Below, piece by piece: positions 30,835 through 41,116 of a DNA stretch of 64,000 nucleotides. The notes beneath the pieces are model-generated. The model had not been told where the DNA came from. It did not search any database and worked only from the letters and a program-made list of their open reading frames with translations. The first letter of the stretch is position 1. Each line of letters starts with the position of its first letter. This DNA is from Promethearchaeia archaeon (GTDB lineage: Archaea > Asgardarchaeota > Lokiarchaeia > Sigyniarchaeales > SOKP01). The stretch is from contig JAHQWG010000050.1 in the NCBI GenBank assembly GCA_029856045.1, forward strand, positions 1 through 64,000, given 5' to 3'. Made by a program: the position numbers and the translations under genes.

Positions 30835-31203
30835 CTAACTTCCAATTTTTATCATCTTGCCACATTTTAAACAGATTATAAAATGAGTCATCCCTTCATC
30901 GGCACTTCTTGTTTGACGTGTTTCTATTGCAGCCTTATCATAACCGCATTTAGGGCATTTAAAATCTTTTATGGCACTTTTTAGGTTTTCATCCTTCCAT
31001 TTTAATATTGCTGAAGCGCTTGTTATTTCTCCTCGAACAGAGTGTTCTATTTTTTTCTTTATTGTGTAATGATTTTCTTCAACAATATTAAGCGGTTTTG
31101 TTTTACCACAAGATTTACATTTAAATATTTTTTTTCCAATATCATCTTTTGTTGGGAGCATTAATCCGCCGCATTCGTCGCAAAACTCCACCATTTTTTT
31201 CAT
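30835..31203 (-). CDS. tfs: Transcription factor S (TFS/RpoM-like)
   Basis: Two Zn ribbons; QTRSADE acidic hairpin. Confidence 0.9.
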   Translation of the reverse strand: MKKMVEFCDECGGLMLPTKDDIGKKIFKCKSCGKTKPLNIVEENHYTIKKKIEHSVRGEITSASAILKWKDENLKSAIKDFKCPKCGYDKAAIETRQTRSADEGMTHFIICLKCGKMIKIGS

Positions 31204-31229
31204 AACCTCAATATTATTGTATTTTACTA

Positions 31230-32210
31230 TTATAATTTAATACCAAAAATTAAAGAGAGAAAAATAACACCAGCTAATAAATCTGCAGAAGTTCCTGGAT
31301 TCATTTTTCCTTTTTTCGATTGTAAAAAAGCGTCAAATTTTTTAATCATTTTTTTTCCCTTAGAACTCAATAATCCTTTTTCATCTAAAATTTCTCTTGC
31401 AGTAAATGAAACCATTTTTGCTGCTGTAAGCCCACTTTTTCGACAAATTAATGTATCCGGATGATTAGCTAAAATTCTTAAGAAAGTATGCACAGATGCA
31501 ACATTAACATCTCCAGTTTTATTAAAAGTTTCTAAATAGTAAGGAAATCCTTCAGATAAAATTATGGGAAATCCATTTGCATATTCATAACTAATTAAAT
31601 CATAATCTTGTGAAAGTTGAAAGATTTTTTCCAAATTAATGTTATCTGATTTGAGATCTTGAAGTGAATTATCATTAGACAAATCATATTTCTGCACAGT
31701 TCCCATTCCACCTGGGTTACAATATCTTATTGCTTTATAAAGATTAATTGAATCTGTGGGTGTTGATTCTTTTATTATTTTAATTAAATTTTGTTTAAAA
31801 TCTTTAAAAGATAATGCATCTTGTTTAATGCATATTGTTGCGGTTACAGATAAGATCCCAAGAATTAAAATATGCCCTAATAAAACATTTCCACCCCCTT
31901 GCCAATCTATCATCCTTTTTACAGCATCAAGGAAAAAGTTTCCTAGTCTTACAGATGAAAAATCATGTAGGTTAGTTTTATATTCTTCAGAAACTCTATA
32001 ACATAAATTTTTAAAAGATATTTGAATTGCACAAATTCCAGCAAGAAAATGCTCAAACCGTGTCTTTTCAAAATTTATGGTACGATGGACATTACCCGGT
32101 TTAGGCCATGCGGAAACTTCTAAGAGGCTAGCTAAATTAACGCATGTCAAGACATCGTCAACACAGCTAATTGAAAGGTTTAGACCTTTGACTTTTTCAG
32201 GTTTAGCCAT
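31230..32210 (-). CDS. citG: Triphosphoribosyl-dephospho-CoA synthase (CitG family)
   Basis: LEVSAWPKPGNVHR, PDTLI.RK.G, NPGTSADL. Confidence 0.85.
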   Translation of the reverse strand: MAKPEKVKGLNLSISCVDDVLTCVNLASLLEVSAWPKPGNVHRTINFEKTRFEHFLAGICAIQISFKNLCYRVSEEYKTNLHDFSSVRLGNFFLDAVKRMIDWQGGGNVLLGHILILGILSVTATICIKQDALSFKDFKQNLIKIIKESTPTDSINLYKAIRYCNPGGMGTVQKYDLSNDNSLQDLKSDNINLEKIFQLSQDYDLISYEYANGFPIILSEGFPYYLETFNKTGDVNVASVHTFLRILANHPDTLICRKSGLTAAKMVSFTAREILDEKGLLSSKGKKMIKKFDAFLQSKKGKMNPGTSADLLAGVIFLSLIFGIKL

Positions 32211-32234
32211 TATATAACAATATAAAGAATTAAT

Positions 32235-32573
32235 CTAATAATAAGTGAATTCTACTTGTTTCTTCTCATGAATTTCATACCCATCCTTCTCTTCTTTTTT
32301 GTAAGATATCGGGCGGAAATTTTCTTTTAAGTTGTTTTTATATAAGAATTTCCGAATTCTGAGCTTTATTATTTTCTTTGACATTGATAGCGGAGCAGAA
32401 ATCTCAAGTTCATTTCCATTTCTCTCAATTTGGATACTTGCTAACTTTTCTTGTAAAAAGCGAACCAAATCTATAACTAAGGAATCATCTTTATAACTCA
32501 AATCATCTACTTTCAAATAAATTTTCCTTAACTCTAATTCTTCCGCCTTAGAATTTTTTTTTTTAGAAGACAT
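32235..32573 (-). CDS. rpl22e: Ribosomal protein eL22-like
   Basis: Size and pattern (FLQEKL, SKKIIKLRIRKFLYKNNLK..FR.IS....YE) resemble eukaryotic L22e, which is known from Lokiarchaeia. Confidence 0.72.
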   Translation of the reverse strand: MSSKKKNSKAEELELRKIYLKVDDLSYKDDSLVIDLVRFLQEKLASIQIERNGNELEISAPLSMSKKIIKLRIRKFLYKNNLKENFRPISYKKEEKDGYEIHEKKQVEFTYY

Positions 32574-32738
32574 TTAATTCACATATTAGAAAATAAAAAA
32601 TCAATTAAATTTTTTTCTATTTAAATATTTTTTTCTTCTCCAAGTTTTTATAAAGAGGTTTTTTGAATATTTAATTGTGAGAAAAGGAAAAATCTTTTTT
32701 ATTTCAACGATATTTAAATCACAAAAGGAGAAATTAAT

Positions 32739-34022
32739 ATGTTAGATTATTTAAATCTCGATTATAAACCTTCTGATAATGATCTTAAAGTAATGTATTA
32801 TGTTGAGAAAGCTGCTGATACTTCTTCTATAGAAAAAGCATGTGAGGAAATTGCTAAAGAAAGTTCTATTGGAACTTGGACTGATATTGTAACTCTTTCT
32901 GAGGATATTGCTCAAAGATTAAAACCATGCGTATATCATATAAATAAAGAGAAAAAAATAATTAAGATCGCCTATAACGAGGAACTCTTCGAAGCAGATA
33001 ATATTTCTCAAATCCTGAGTGCTATTGCTGGTAATATTTATGGCATGAAAGCAATTAACAATTTAAGATTAATTGATATAGAGTTTCCAAAAAGTATAGT
33101 AAGTGTATATAAAGGACCTAAATTCGGAATAAAGGGAATTCGCAAATTATTAAAAGTTTTTGGTAGACCTCTTTTGGGTACAATTGTTAAGCCAAAAGTG
33201 GGCTTAAATCCAAAACAGCACGCAAAAGTTTGCGGAGAGTCGTGGATAGGAGGTTTAGACATAGTAAAAGATGATGAAAACTTAACAAGCATGAAATTTA
33301 ATAAATTTGAGACAAGAGTTAAAGAAACTTTAAAGATACGGGATAAAATCGAAATAGAAACTGGCGAAAAGAAAATATACATGCCAAATATTACAGCTCC
33401 GGTTAGTAAAATGAAAGAGAGAGCGGATTTTGTCATTGAACAAGGAGGAGAGTATGTAATGGTTGATATTATTACTTTAGGATTTTCTGCACTTCAAGAA
33501 ATACGAGATTATCTTGATGATAAAAATGTTGTGATACACGCTCATAGGGCAATGCACGCTGCCATAACAAGAGACCCAAAACATGGTATGACGATGTTAT
33601 CAATTGCTAAAATATCAAGGCTAATCGGAATGGACCAACTACATACTGGTACAGTAGTTGGAAAAATGGAAGGTGGAGAGAAAGAAGTAGTAGATATCAA
33701 TAAGGTACTTACTAATATGTTTATTGAAGAAGAAGATTATTCAATGTTACATCAAGATTGGGGAAATATTAAGAAAACTTTCCCCGTTGCTTCTGGAGGT
33801 CTTTATCCTAATGTTGTTCATAAATTAATTGATATTTTAGGAACAGATATCGTGATTCAAGCGGGTGGAGGTGTTCATGGACATCCAGAAGGTACCGAAG
33901 CTGGAGCAAAAGCTATGAGGCAAGCAGTTCAAGCTTATTTGGATAACATTAATTTAAGTGAATATGCAAAAACTCATAATGAATTAAAAAAAGCACTTGA
34001 AAAATGGAAATATTTAAAATAA
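32739..34022 (+). CDS. rbcL: RuBisCO large subunit, form III
   Basis: ESSIGTW, GTIVKPKVGL, KDDENL, HAHRAMH, HTGTVVGKMEG, SGG, QAGGGVHGHP. Confidence 0.95.
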   Translation: MLDYLNLDYKPSDNDLKVMYYVEKAADTSSIEKACEEIAKESSIGTWTDIVTLSEDIAQRLKPCVYHINKEKKIIKIAYNEELFEADNISQILSAIAGNIYGMKAINNLRLIDIEFPKSIVSVYKGPKFGIKGIRKLLKVFGRPLLGTIVKPKVGLNPKQHAKVCGESWIGGLDIVKDDENLTSMKFNKFETRVKETLKIRDKIEIETGEKKIYMPNITAPVSKMKERADFVIEQGGEYVMVDIITLGFSALQEIRDYLDDKNVVIHAHRAMHAAITRDPKHGMTMLSIAKISRLIGMDQLHTGTVVGKMEGGEKEVVDINKVLTNMFIEEEDYSMLHQDWGNIKKTFPVASGGLYPNVVHKLIDILGTDIVIQAGGGVHGHPEGTEAGAKAMRQAVQAYLDNINLSEYAKTHNELKKALEKWKYLK

Positions 34023-34097
34023 TTTAAGTTGAAAACACAAAGATTAGACTATTATAATTATAATTAAAATAAGGATAAAACAGAAAACATCCAAAAT

Positions 34098-35129
34098 TCA
34101 GGATATTTCAGCTTTTAATAAATCGTGTTTATACAGTTCGGAAATAGTATTCGGGGCAAACTTCAATTTCTCTTTAATAATTATTGAATTTAACTTTTTC
34201 GAACGTATAAAATATTTTTTAAACCCTTGCCAGAAACCTTTTAAAATTGAACGAAATAAAGTATTTCTTTCAACATTATAATAACGCTGATCTTCCTTAT
34301 GATTAATTAAATTATAAATCCATTTGAAAAAATATAAAGAAATACCAGTAATAATTTCAATAGGACTTTTCCAATGCTTCATTATTAATAAAGTTGTATT
34401 AGATATAATATTTGAATACCATTTTTCTGCTTTACACCTACAGCCACCATAATTAACTCTTAAATGATTTACTAGCATTTTCGGATCAAAAATTATTCTA
34501 CCATATTCTTTTGCTCTAAGACAAAAATCTGTTTCTTCTCGATAATGATTTCCATCAAATTGTGGATTAAATCCCATACATCGGTAAATAATACCTTTTT
34601 TAAAGTACATATTTCCACCAGGAAGAGTATCAACTAAGATTGGCTTTTTTGGTTTTATATAAAAATTTCCAATTATTTCTGGAATAATTTTATTGATCTT
34701 TCCAATCATTCTACTTGAAATTTCTATCTTAGAGAGAGAAGGATTTTGTTTTGTGGATCTAAAAAAAACTGGTCCTCCAACTCCCACTATTTTACTTTTT
34801 TTTGATTTGAGCCATTTTTTTGCTTGTTTGAACAAATCATTCCTTATTGGAAAACAATCATCATCTATAAATCCAACGATTTCATGATTACTATGTCTAA
34901 CTCCTATATTCCTAGAAGTGGGCAGTCCTACTTGATGTTTTAATTGAATATATTTTAATTTATATTTCAGATGTAGAGCAATATTCTTAATCATTTTTCT
35001 AGTTCCATCAGTTGATGCATCATCAACAATAATAATTTCAAATTTACCTTTTTGATTATTTAGTTCAATAAGTAAATATTCAAGTATTTCAGCACGATTA
35101 TGAGTTGGAATTATAATAGAAATACTCAT
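34098..35129 (-). CDS. Glycosyltransferase family 2
   Basis: SIIIPTHNR, VDDASTD, FIDDDC, EETDFCLR. Confidence 0.9.
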   Translation of the reverse strand: MSISIIIPTHNRAEILEYLLIELNNQKGKFEIIIVDDASTDGTRKMIKNIALHLKYKLKYIQLKHQVGLPTSRNIGVRHSNHEIVGFIDDDCFPIRNDLFKQAKKWLKSKKSKIVGVGGPVFFRSTKQNPSLSKIEISSRMIGKINKIIPEIIGNFYIKPKKPILVDTLPGGNMYFKKGIIYRCMGFNPQFDGNHYREETDFCLRAKEYGRIIFDPKMLVNHLRVNYGGCRCKAEKWYSNIISNTTLLIMKHWKSPIEIITGISLYFFKWIYNLINHKEDQRYYNVERNTLFRSILKGFWQGFKKYFIRSKKLNSIIIKEKLKFAPNTISELYKHDLLKAEIS

Positions 35130-35938
35130 CTATATAACACCTTTTTTTTTGCATGAATTAAATATGATTCAGCAATAAATAATTGAAAATGAATAGGCAT
35201 CTTAGAGAGCTTTCCAGAAAAATAATTAAATATTTTTAGAACTTTTTTCTCTAATTTTTTTGTTATCAAGGGAATTTCATCATTTCCCCGTTTAAAAATT
35301 GGTAGCCTTATTATTACTGGTGAAATATTAAGAATGGATAAATTATTTTGTTTTATTAAGGATTTTAAAAACTTTAATGAAAGATTTTCGAACCAAGAAT
35401 ATTGTCTAACTTCATTAAACTTATTCCGATTATAAAATCGTAGGAATACTTTTAATTTCTTATAATAATCCCAAATAGACTTTTTTGTTTTTGTTATTAT
35501 CACTAATTCCCCATTGGGAACTAAAAGTTTACTGATCTTCTTGAATAATTTAATTTTATTAGGAATATATTCAATTACTCGGACTGAAAATATTTTATCA
35601 AATTTTTCATTAACTTCAAAATCCAGAAAATTGCAGTTAATAAATTTAACATTATTATCTTTAACATAATTTTTTACTTTATCAATCATTTCTTTAGAAA
35701 TATCTATTGCAACTAACTCAAAGCAGTTTTTTGCTATTAATTGCGTCCAAATGCCGGGACCACAACCAATTTCTAAAATTTTTTCATTTCTTTTTGGTCT
35801 TAAATTTCTTAATAATTTTCTTTTTGTTTGTTCATAATCAAACTGGGAAGTTAATGTTCCTGTCCATTGTGCTTTTCTATATCTTTTTGAGTGATTATCC
35901 CAATAACTACTAATTTGTTTATTTAATATAATATTCAA
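35126..35938 (-). CDS. Class I SAM-dependent methyltransferase
   Basis: ILEIGCGPG, AIDIS, LVPNGEL; 4-nt overlap with the GT2 gene. Confidence 0.88.
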   Translation of the reverse strand: MNIILNKQISSYWDNHSKRYRKAQWTGTLTSQFDYEQTKRKLLRNLRPKRNEKILEIGCGPGIWTQLIAKNCFELVAIDISKEMIDKVKNYVKDNNVKFINCNFLDFEVNEKFDKIFSVRVIEYIPNKIKLFKKISKLLVPNGELVIITKTKKSIWDYYKKLKVFLRFYNRNKFNEVRQYSWFENLSLKFLKSLIKQNNLSILNISPVIIRLPIFKRGNDEIPLITKKLEKKVLKIFNYFSGKLSKMPIHFQLFIAESYLIHAKKKVLYR

Positions 35939-36662
35939 GATTATCCATTCTATTTTTATGTGTCTTTCAAGAAATAATGTTAAGAGGAAAATTATCTATT
36001 AAAATTTTGTTTATTAGAGCAAATTCAATTTAAAATATTAACAAAATAAACGTTTATAATAACCATTTTTTATGAATTTCCCATTTGTGACGTAATAAAT
36101 AAATGAATTATTATTTATAAATATAACATAAAAAATAATCGGTGTGTTTATTTATTCTATAAAATCTAAATGGGTTATACCTTAAATGAATAAAAATTAA
36201 TAAATATTTAGACTATTAAAAGAGAAAAGGCAATTATTCTTCGTAATTGATTAACATTTACAGAATATTCTTTTTAAAAATTGATATTTTATTATTTTCA
36301 GGAGTAATATTTTAGCCTATTTTAATTTTTGCTATCCATATAATTGTTTTTATCATTTAGATTCAATATCTTCACATTCTGCTCTATATAGTTATTATGG
36401 TTTGTTTGTTTATTTATTAAAAAAAAATTAAATAATTTTTTACTTGAGTTTATAAAAAAATAATAAATTTTTATACCTTAAACACAATGTAAGTGATTAA
36501 TTTTGAGTTTTATCTTATTAATCATCATTCACCTTAATTTTTAAAGAAGTACAATAATTTTTTATATAGTCAAATTTTTTTTTAAAAATGGATTCAAAAA
36601 AAATATCATATTAAATTTTATTTATCATTCTACCTTATTTTTATTAGACAAAGGTTGAGAAA

Positions 36663-37361
36663 ATTATTATTGAGATAAAAAAATATTTAAAGAGTATAAA
36701 AAACCCCAAAAAATTAATTATAGGATGTAAAAAATACCATGCGTTAAATAAACGCGATTCAAGCTACGTTATTTCCAGATATATTCTTAACCAAGATCCA
36801 TCTAACATTAATAAAATACTCGCTAGTTCAAAGATAATATTTTACATGTGGAATGTAAGATTTTTTGAAACATTATCTAAATATACAAAAAATAATTTAG
36901 AAAAAGAGATTTTAAGAGCATATAATGAATGTAAATTAGATTTAGAAAAGTTAAAAAGGAAAAAGTTAAGTAAATTAAATTTTAATAAGAATGGAAATTT
37001 AATTAAACGTATTTTTTCGACTTTCTCTATAATGCCTTCAATCAGATATACTGGAGCAGCAAAGATTTTGCATATATTAAACCCAAACGTTTTTATGATG
37101 TGGGATTTACAAATAAGAAGGGCTTATTTCAAAATCAATAACAATATAAGAGATCCTGCAAAATTTTATTTAAAATTTCTACAAAAATCTAAAAAGATTA
37201 TTAATGCTATCTTAAAATTAGTTGATGAAGAAACACTTTGGATTTATCATTTGGAGTTTATAGATAAAAATTTTGTTAAGAATTTTTCATTCAGTGAAAC
37301 AATTCTCAAAATGTTGGATGAGTGCAATTATTTAAAATTTAATCAGAATATAGATTTTTAA
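36663..37361 (+). CDS. Hypothetical protein with a TGAAKILH..NP..F.MWD motif (possible HhH/DNA-glycosylase-like fold)
   Basis: Frame is open about 60 codons upstream of ATG 36846 (stop at 36645); ATT codons at 36663-36671 follow AAGGTTGAG. Confidence 0.6.
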   Translation: MIIEIKKYLKSIKNPKKLIIGCKKYHALNKRDSSYVISRYILNQDPSNINKILASSKIIFYMWNVRFFETLSKYTKNNLEKEILRAYNECKLDLEKLKRKKLSKLNFNKNGNLIKRIFSTFSIMPSIRYTGAAKILHILNPNVFMMWDLQIRRAYFKINNNIRDPAKFYLKFLQKSKKIINAILKLVDEETLWIYHLEFIDKNFVKNFSFSETILKMLDECNYLKFNQNIDF

Positions 37362-37411
37362 ATTTTTCTTTTATTTAGTAATGTTCTCTTTTTTTATTTA
37401 CATACTCCATT

Positions 37412-37502
37412 CTTATTGGAGAATATTTATCTAATCGAGAATGCAAAAAACTCATATAAATTAAAAAAAGCATTTGAAAAATGGAAAGATATTAAAGTTT
37501 AA
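37412..37502 (+). pseudogene. Degenerate duplicate of the rbcL 3' end
   Basis: Aligns with 33934-34022 (ATGCAAAAA..CTCAT..AATTAAAAAAAGCA.TTGAAAAATGGAAA); ends LKKAFEKWKDIKV-stop. Confidence 0.8.
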
Positions 37503-37505
37503 TTT

Positions 37506-37975
37506 TTATCCTACTAATTCTGGGTAAAGTCTTTCGAAATATATATGGATATAACTAGGAGCGAATATGCCCGCTTCAGTAATAATTCCATCAATATATC
37601 TCCTACTTACAGTTTCAAAGGCAGGATTTATTACATGTACGCCTTCTGGAGGATCCTCCCATATTTCCTTAGTATCTCTCATTTCAATTTTTTCTAATAA
37701 TCCAAAAGAAGTCTCAGGATTATATTTTAGTAATGGTGAAGCAACATAAAAGAGTACATGTTCTTCTTGTGCAACCAAAGCTAATAATCTTAAGCCGGTT
37801 TTGTTTAAAACAGTACCTTCTGAAGTAATTGAATCAGCCCCAATTAAAATTAAGTCCACTTCAAAATGATTGACAGCCCAGCGCATTGCAGAATCAACTA
37901 TATGAATTACCTCTATATTTTCTTCTAATAATTCTTTTGTCGTTTTTCTTCCTTGTAATTTCGGCTGAGTCTCTG
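37506..37975 (-). pseudogene. 5'-truncated duplicate of ribose-1,5-bisphosphate isomerase (470-bp direct repeat of 39883-40352)
   Basis: Gapless alignment at offset 2377; lacks the N-terminal half; NKIGS changed to NKTGL and VPFY to VLFY. Confidence 0.9.
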
Positions 37976-38003
37976 AGATTTGTTCAATGTAAGAAATTAT
38001 ATT

Positions 38004-38657
38004 CTAACTCTTGTTAAGTAGTTCTAACGCTTTTTTAACAGCTTCAGGAGCAGTTAGAGCCCATCCATCCGCTCCGTATTGTATTGCAATCTTTTCAGTA
38101 ACCGGTCCCCCTCCTGCCATAATTATTACACCTTTATCTTTTAGACCTTTCTCTTTAGCCAAATTAACGAGTTTTCCTATTTGTGGAAATAACGAACTTA
38201 ACATCAGGGAGAGCAAAATAAGGTCTGCATTTGCTTTTTCTGCCTCTTCTACAAATTTCTCAACTTTTACATCAAAACCTAAGTCAATCATTTCAAAACC
38301 TTCAGCTTCCATTAGATATTTTACAATATTTTTGCCAAGATCATGAAAGTCTCCTTCGCCAACACCAATAACCGCTACCCCTTTTTTATTTGCTTGTGCT
38401 TTTTCTGGACTTATACTAGGTCTTAAAATGTTAGCGCCATCATAAAATGCATCTGAAGCTAATATCAAATCAGTTAGAAAAATAGTTTTTTCATATTCAT
38501 CACACACTTCTTTTAGACCAATATAAAGTCCTTTCTGGATAGCATCAATCGGATCTATTCCCGCTTCCAAAGTTTCTTTAGCAGCTTCTTTAGCAGCCTC
38601 ACCATCATAATTTAAAACACTTTTTTTAAGTTTATTCAAAATATCTTCTTTTGACAT
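38004..38657 (-). CDS. Corrinoid (B12-binding) protein, MtaC/MtbC-like
   Basis: Cap domain plus GDFHDLGKNIV, DLG.DV, SLML, GGG motifs. Confidence 0.9.
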   Translation of the reverse strand: MSKEDILNKLKKSVLNYDGEAAKEAAKETLEAGIDPIDAIQKGLYIGLKEVCDEYEKTIFLTDLILASDAFYDGANILRPSISPEKAQANKKGVAVIGVGEGDFHDLGKNIVKYLMEAEGFEMIDLGFDVKVEKFVEEAEKANADLILLSLMLSSLFPQIGKLVNLAKEKGLKDKGVIIMAGGGPVTEKIAIQYGADGWALTAPEAVKKALELLNKS

Positions 38658-38663
38658 TTTTAT

Positions 38664-39794
38664 TTAATTACCTCCAGATATATATTCAGGTTTGGGTCCT
38701 TCTCCAGTTTTATAGTTAGCTCCATAGGTCCTAGCTGCTTTAACCACCGCCATCGCATTGTATAGAGGAGCATATGGCGGATATTCACATGACGCTCCGA
38801 GAAAATAGCCTGCAGGTGCCTTTCCAAAAGTCTCAAGTTGTCTTTTACATTCTGCTATTACTTCACTAGGACTTGCCCAAGCAAGTAATGAAACGCTCAA
38901 AAAACCTAAGAAAATTAATTTTTTACCGTATTTTTCTAACATCTCTTCTTCGGTCGTGCAACCGTCCGGTAAAAACGCATTTTGGATGAGAATTGGTCGA
39001 AGCCATTTAATTAAAAGATCGAAATAGGGCCCTCGACCACATGTATGAACACAGTAGAGCCCTCTTTTTTTCTTTACAAATTTTGCTATCCTTTGTTGGT
39101 ATGGGGCATCTAATTCTTCCCACATTTCTTTACTCATTAATTCCCTTTCAGCTAGGACGACTGGCACCATGATGACTTGAGCTCCGGCCTCAATCTGCTT
39201 CTCTACATATTCGATTTGAATCTCAGTTACGATATCTAAAGCTTCATGAAGTTTATCTTTATTATGGACGAAATCACGAATAAGTTCATTAATATTTCGA
39301 AGCCTTGAAATAAGACCCAGGGGACCAATAGTGAATCCGCCCACCAATAAATCGGGTATTTTTTCCTTAAAGGTTTCAATAGCACGAAGTTGATTTTTCA
39401 TCCTTGTCGCTTTGTCCCAATTGAATAATTTATCAAAATTTTTATAATCATCCGCGGACTTAAGAATAGGATTATATGGATCTGGGTACGCTGCATTATT
39501 TTTTGGATAAATAATTTTCGCTCCAAAACCTTGAGCCTCAACACACAAATCAGGTATAGATGTAATTGCGTCGTAGCCGAAGAGCTTTTGAGCCTCTATT
39601 TGAGCCTTTATAAATAATTCTGGTTTTTTGGCATATTCATCATAGCCTAAATGGAGCACTTGTGCTGCGGCTGCTGTAACAAATGGAAAAACAGGTATTC
39701 TATCTAGTTGCTTGCGCGCTATTAAACCCATTATCCTTTCTTTTGGAGTCATATATTCTTCTATTTCTTTTAATTTTCCTGACATTTTTTCCAT
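38664..39794 (-). CDS. Uroporphyrinogen decarboxylase-family methyltransferase (MtaA/CmuA-like)
   Basis: MTPKERI, DRIPVFP, DLCVEAQGFG, HTCG Zn motif, ASCE. Confidence 0.85.
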   Translation of the reverse strand: MEKMSGKLKEIEEYMTPKERIMGLIARKQLDRIPVFPFVTAAAAQVLHLGYDEYAKKPELFIKAQIEAQKLFGYDAITSIPDLCVEAQGFGAKIIYPKNNAAYPDPYNPILKSADDYKNFDKLFNWDKATRMKNQLRAIETFKEKIPDLLVGGFTIGPLGLISRLRNINELIRDFVHNKDKLHEALDIVTEIQIEYVEKQIEAGAQVIMVPVVLAERELMSKEMWEELDAPYQQRIAKFVKKKRGLYCVHTCGRGPYFDLLIKWLRPILIQNAFLPDGCTTEEEMLEKYGKKLIFLGFLSVSLLAWASPSEVIAECKRQLETFGKAPAGYFLGASCEYPPYAPLYNAMAVVKAARTYGANYKTGEGPKPEYISGGN

Positions 39795-39882
39795 TTTTTA
39801 ATATTAATTATACATGAAATTATTTCATGATTTACTTATGTTTTTAATAATAATGTATTCAGAAATCTTCTAATTTTAATAT

Positions 39883-40827
39883 TTATCCTACTAATTCTGG
39901 GTAAAGTCTTTCGAAATATATATGGATATAACTAGGAGCAAAAATACCAGATTCAGTAATAATTCCATCAATATATCTCCGACTAACTGTTTCAAAGGCA
40001 GGATTCATTACTTGTACGCCTTCTGGGGGATTCTCCCATATTTCATTAGGGGGTCTCATTTCAATCTTTTCTAATAATCCAAAAGAGGTTTCAGGATTAT
40101 ATTTCAGTAGCGGTGAAGCAACATAAAATGGTACATGTTCTTCATGTGCAACCAAAGCTAATAATCTTGAGCCGATTTTGTTTAAAACAGTTCCTTCTGA
40201 AGTAATTGAATCAGCCCCAATTAAAATTAAATCTACTTCAAAGTGATTAACTGCCCAGCGCATCGCGGAATCAACTATATGAATTACTTCTATATTCTCT
40301 TCTAACAACTCTTTCGTCGTTTTTCTTCCCTGTAATTTCGGCTGAGTCTCTGTATTTATAACTTTAAATTCTTTTCCCTGTTTTTTAGCCTCAATTAGAA
40401 TTGCAGAAACAATGGTACTGTGACAATGCGTCATTACAGTAAAACCTTCTGGATCTTCATATGGAATACGATTGGCACCTATTTTTGCGATTTTCTCTTT
40501 TGAATTTAATAATTTCTTATGATATTCCTCTTTATATTGTTGAACTTTTAAAAGAACATCAGATAATGAAATAGAATCTGCTTCAAGTTCAAGCTTTTTA
40601 AGAATATATTTCAATCCATTTTTCATTGCCGGTTCTGTAGGGCGAGTATCAATTAATACATCTTTTGCCTTATATAATTGTTCTAATATCTCTTTTTTAT
40701 TCGTTGCTTTTATTCTTTGAGCAAAACTATTTAAAAAATCACAGGCACTCAAACATACATTAGTCGCACCTTGAATTTCTAAAGACCTAATTCTTTCTGC
40801 ATCCTTTTTTAATTGTTCCATATCCAA
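39883..40827 (-). CDS. Ribose-1,5-bisphosphate isomerase (eIF2B-like family)
   Basis: IQGAT, TRPTEP, THCHS, ETQP..QG, GADSIT, NKIGS, NPAFE; near form III RuBisCO (AMP pathway). Confidence 0.9.
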   Translation of the reverse strand: MDMEQLKKDAERIRSLEIQGATNVCLSACDFLNSFAQRIKATNKKEILEQLYKAKDVLIDTRPTEPAMKNGLKYILKKLELEADSISLSDVLLKVQQYKEEYHKKLLNSKEKIAKIGANRIPYEDPEGFTVMTHCHSTIVSAILIEAKKQGKEFKVINTETQPKLQGRKTTKELLEENIEVIHIVDSAMRWAVNHFEVDLILIGADSITSEGTVLNKIGSRLLALVAHEEHVPFYVASPLLKYNPETSFGLLEKIEMRPPNEIWENPPEGVQVMNPAFETVSRRYIDGIITESGIFAPSYIHIYFERLYPELVG

Positions 40828-40912
40828 TACACATTAAACTTTCAGATATTCAATAAATTAAAGATTAATATATTTAATTATAGATTCACTATTAATTCCG
40901 ATTACAAACAAG

Positions 40913-41098
40913 TTATTTCTTTTCTTTTTCTTCTTTTATTTTTTTTAATTCATCAATATCTACTTCAACAAAAAAGGAGCCACAATATCCGCATTCCTTA
41001 CATTCGAATTTCTGAGGGGCTAACCAGCCAGATACATTAGTTAAAAGATGTAACTTGGCTGAGCGGCATTTAGGGCATAATCTCACAGTCTTTGGCAT
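40913..41098 (-). CDS. Small Zn-ribbon protein
   Basis: CPKC...SGWL.P..F.C.ECGY.G; AAGTGATC SD upstream. Confidence 0.75.
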   Translation of the reverse strand: MPKTVRLCPKCRSAKLHLLTNVSGWLAPQKFECKECGYCGSFFVEVDIDELKKIKEEKEKK

Positions 41099-41116
41099 TT
41101 GATCACTTAATTTAAA

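Noticed and set aside
35940-36645. Replication origin or ncRNA in a long AT-rich gap
   Set aside because: No ORB-like repeats, no adjacent cdc6/orc1 and no evident structure.
37506-37886. Functional 126-aa second R15P isomerase
   Set aside because: Homology extends upstream of the ATG and stops abruptly at 37975; the N-terminal domain and catalytic Cys region are missing and conserved residues are altered.
34026-39882. Autonomous mobile element or provirus
   Set aside because: No integrase, transposase or viral gene lies within the repeats; reported only as inserted cassettes.
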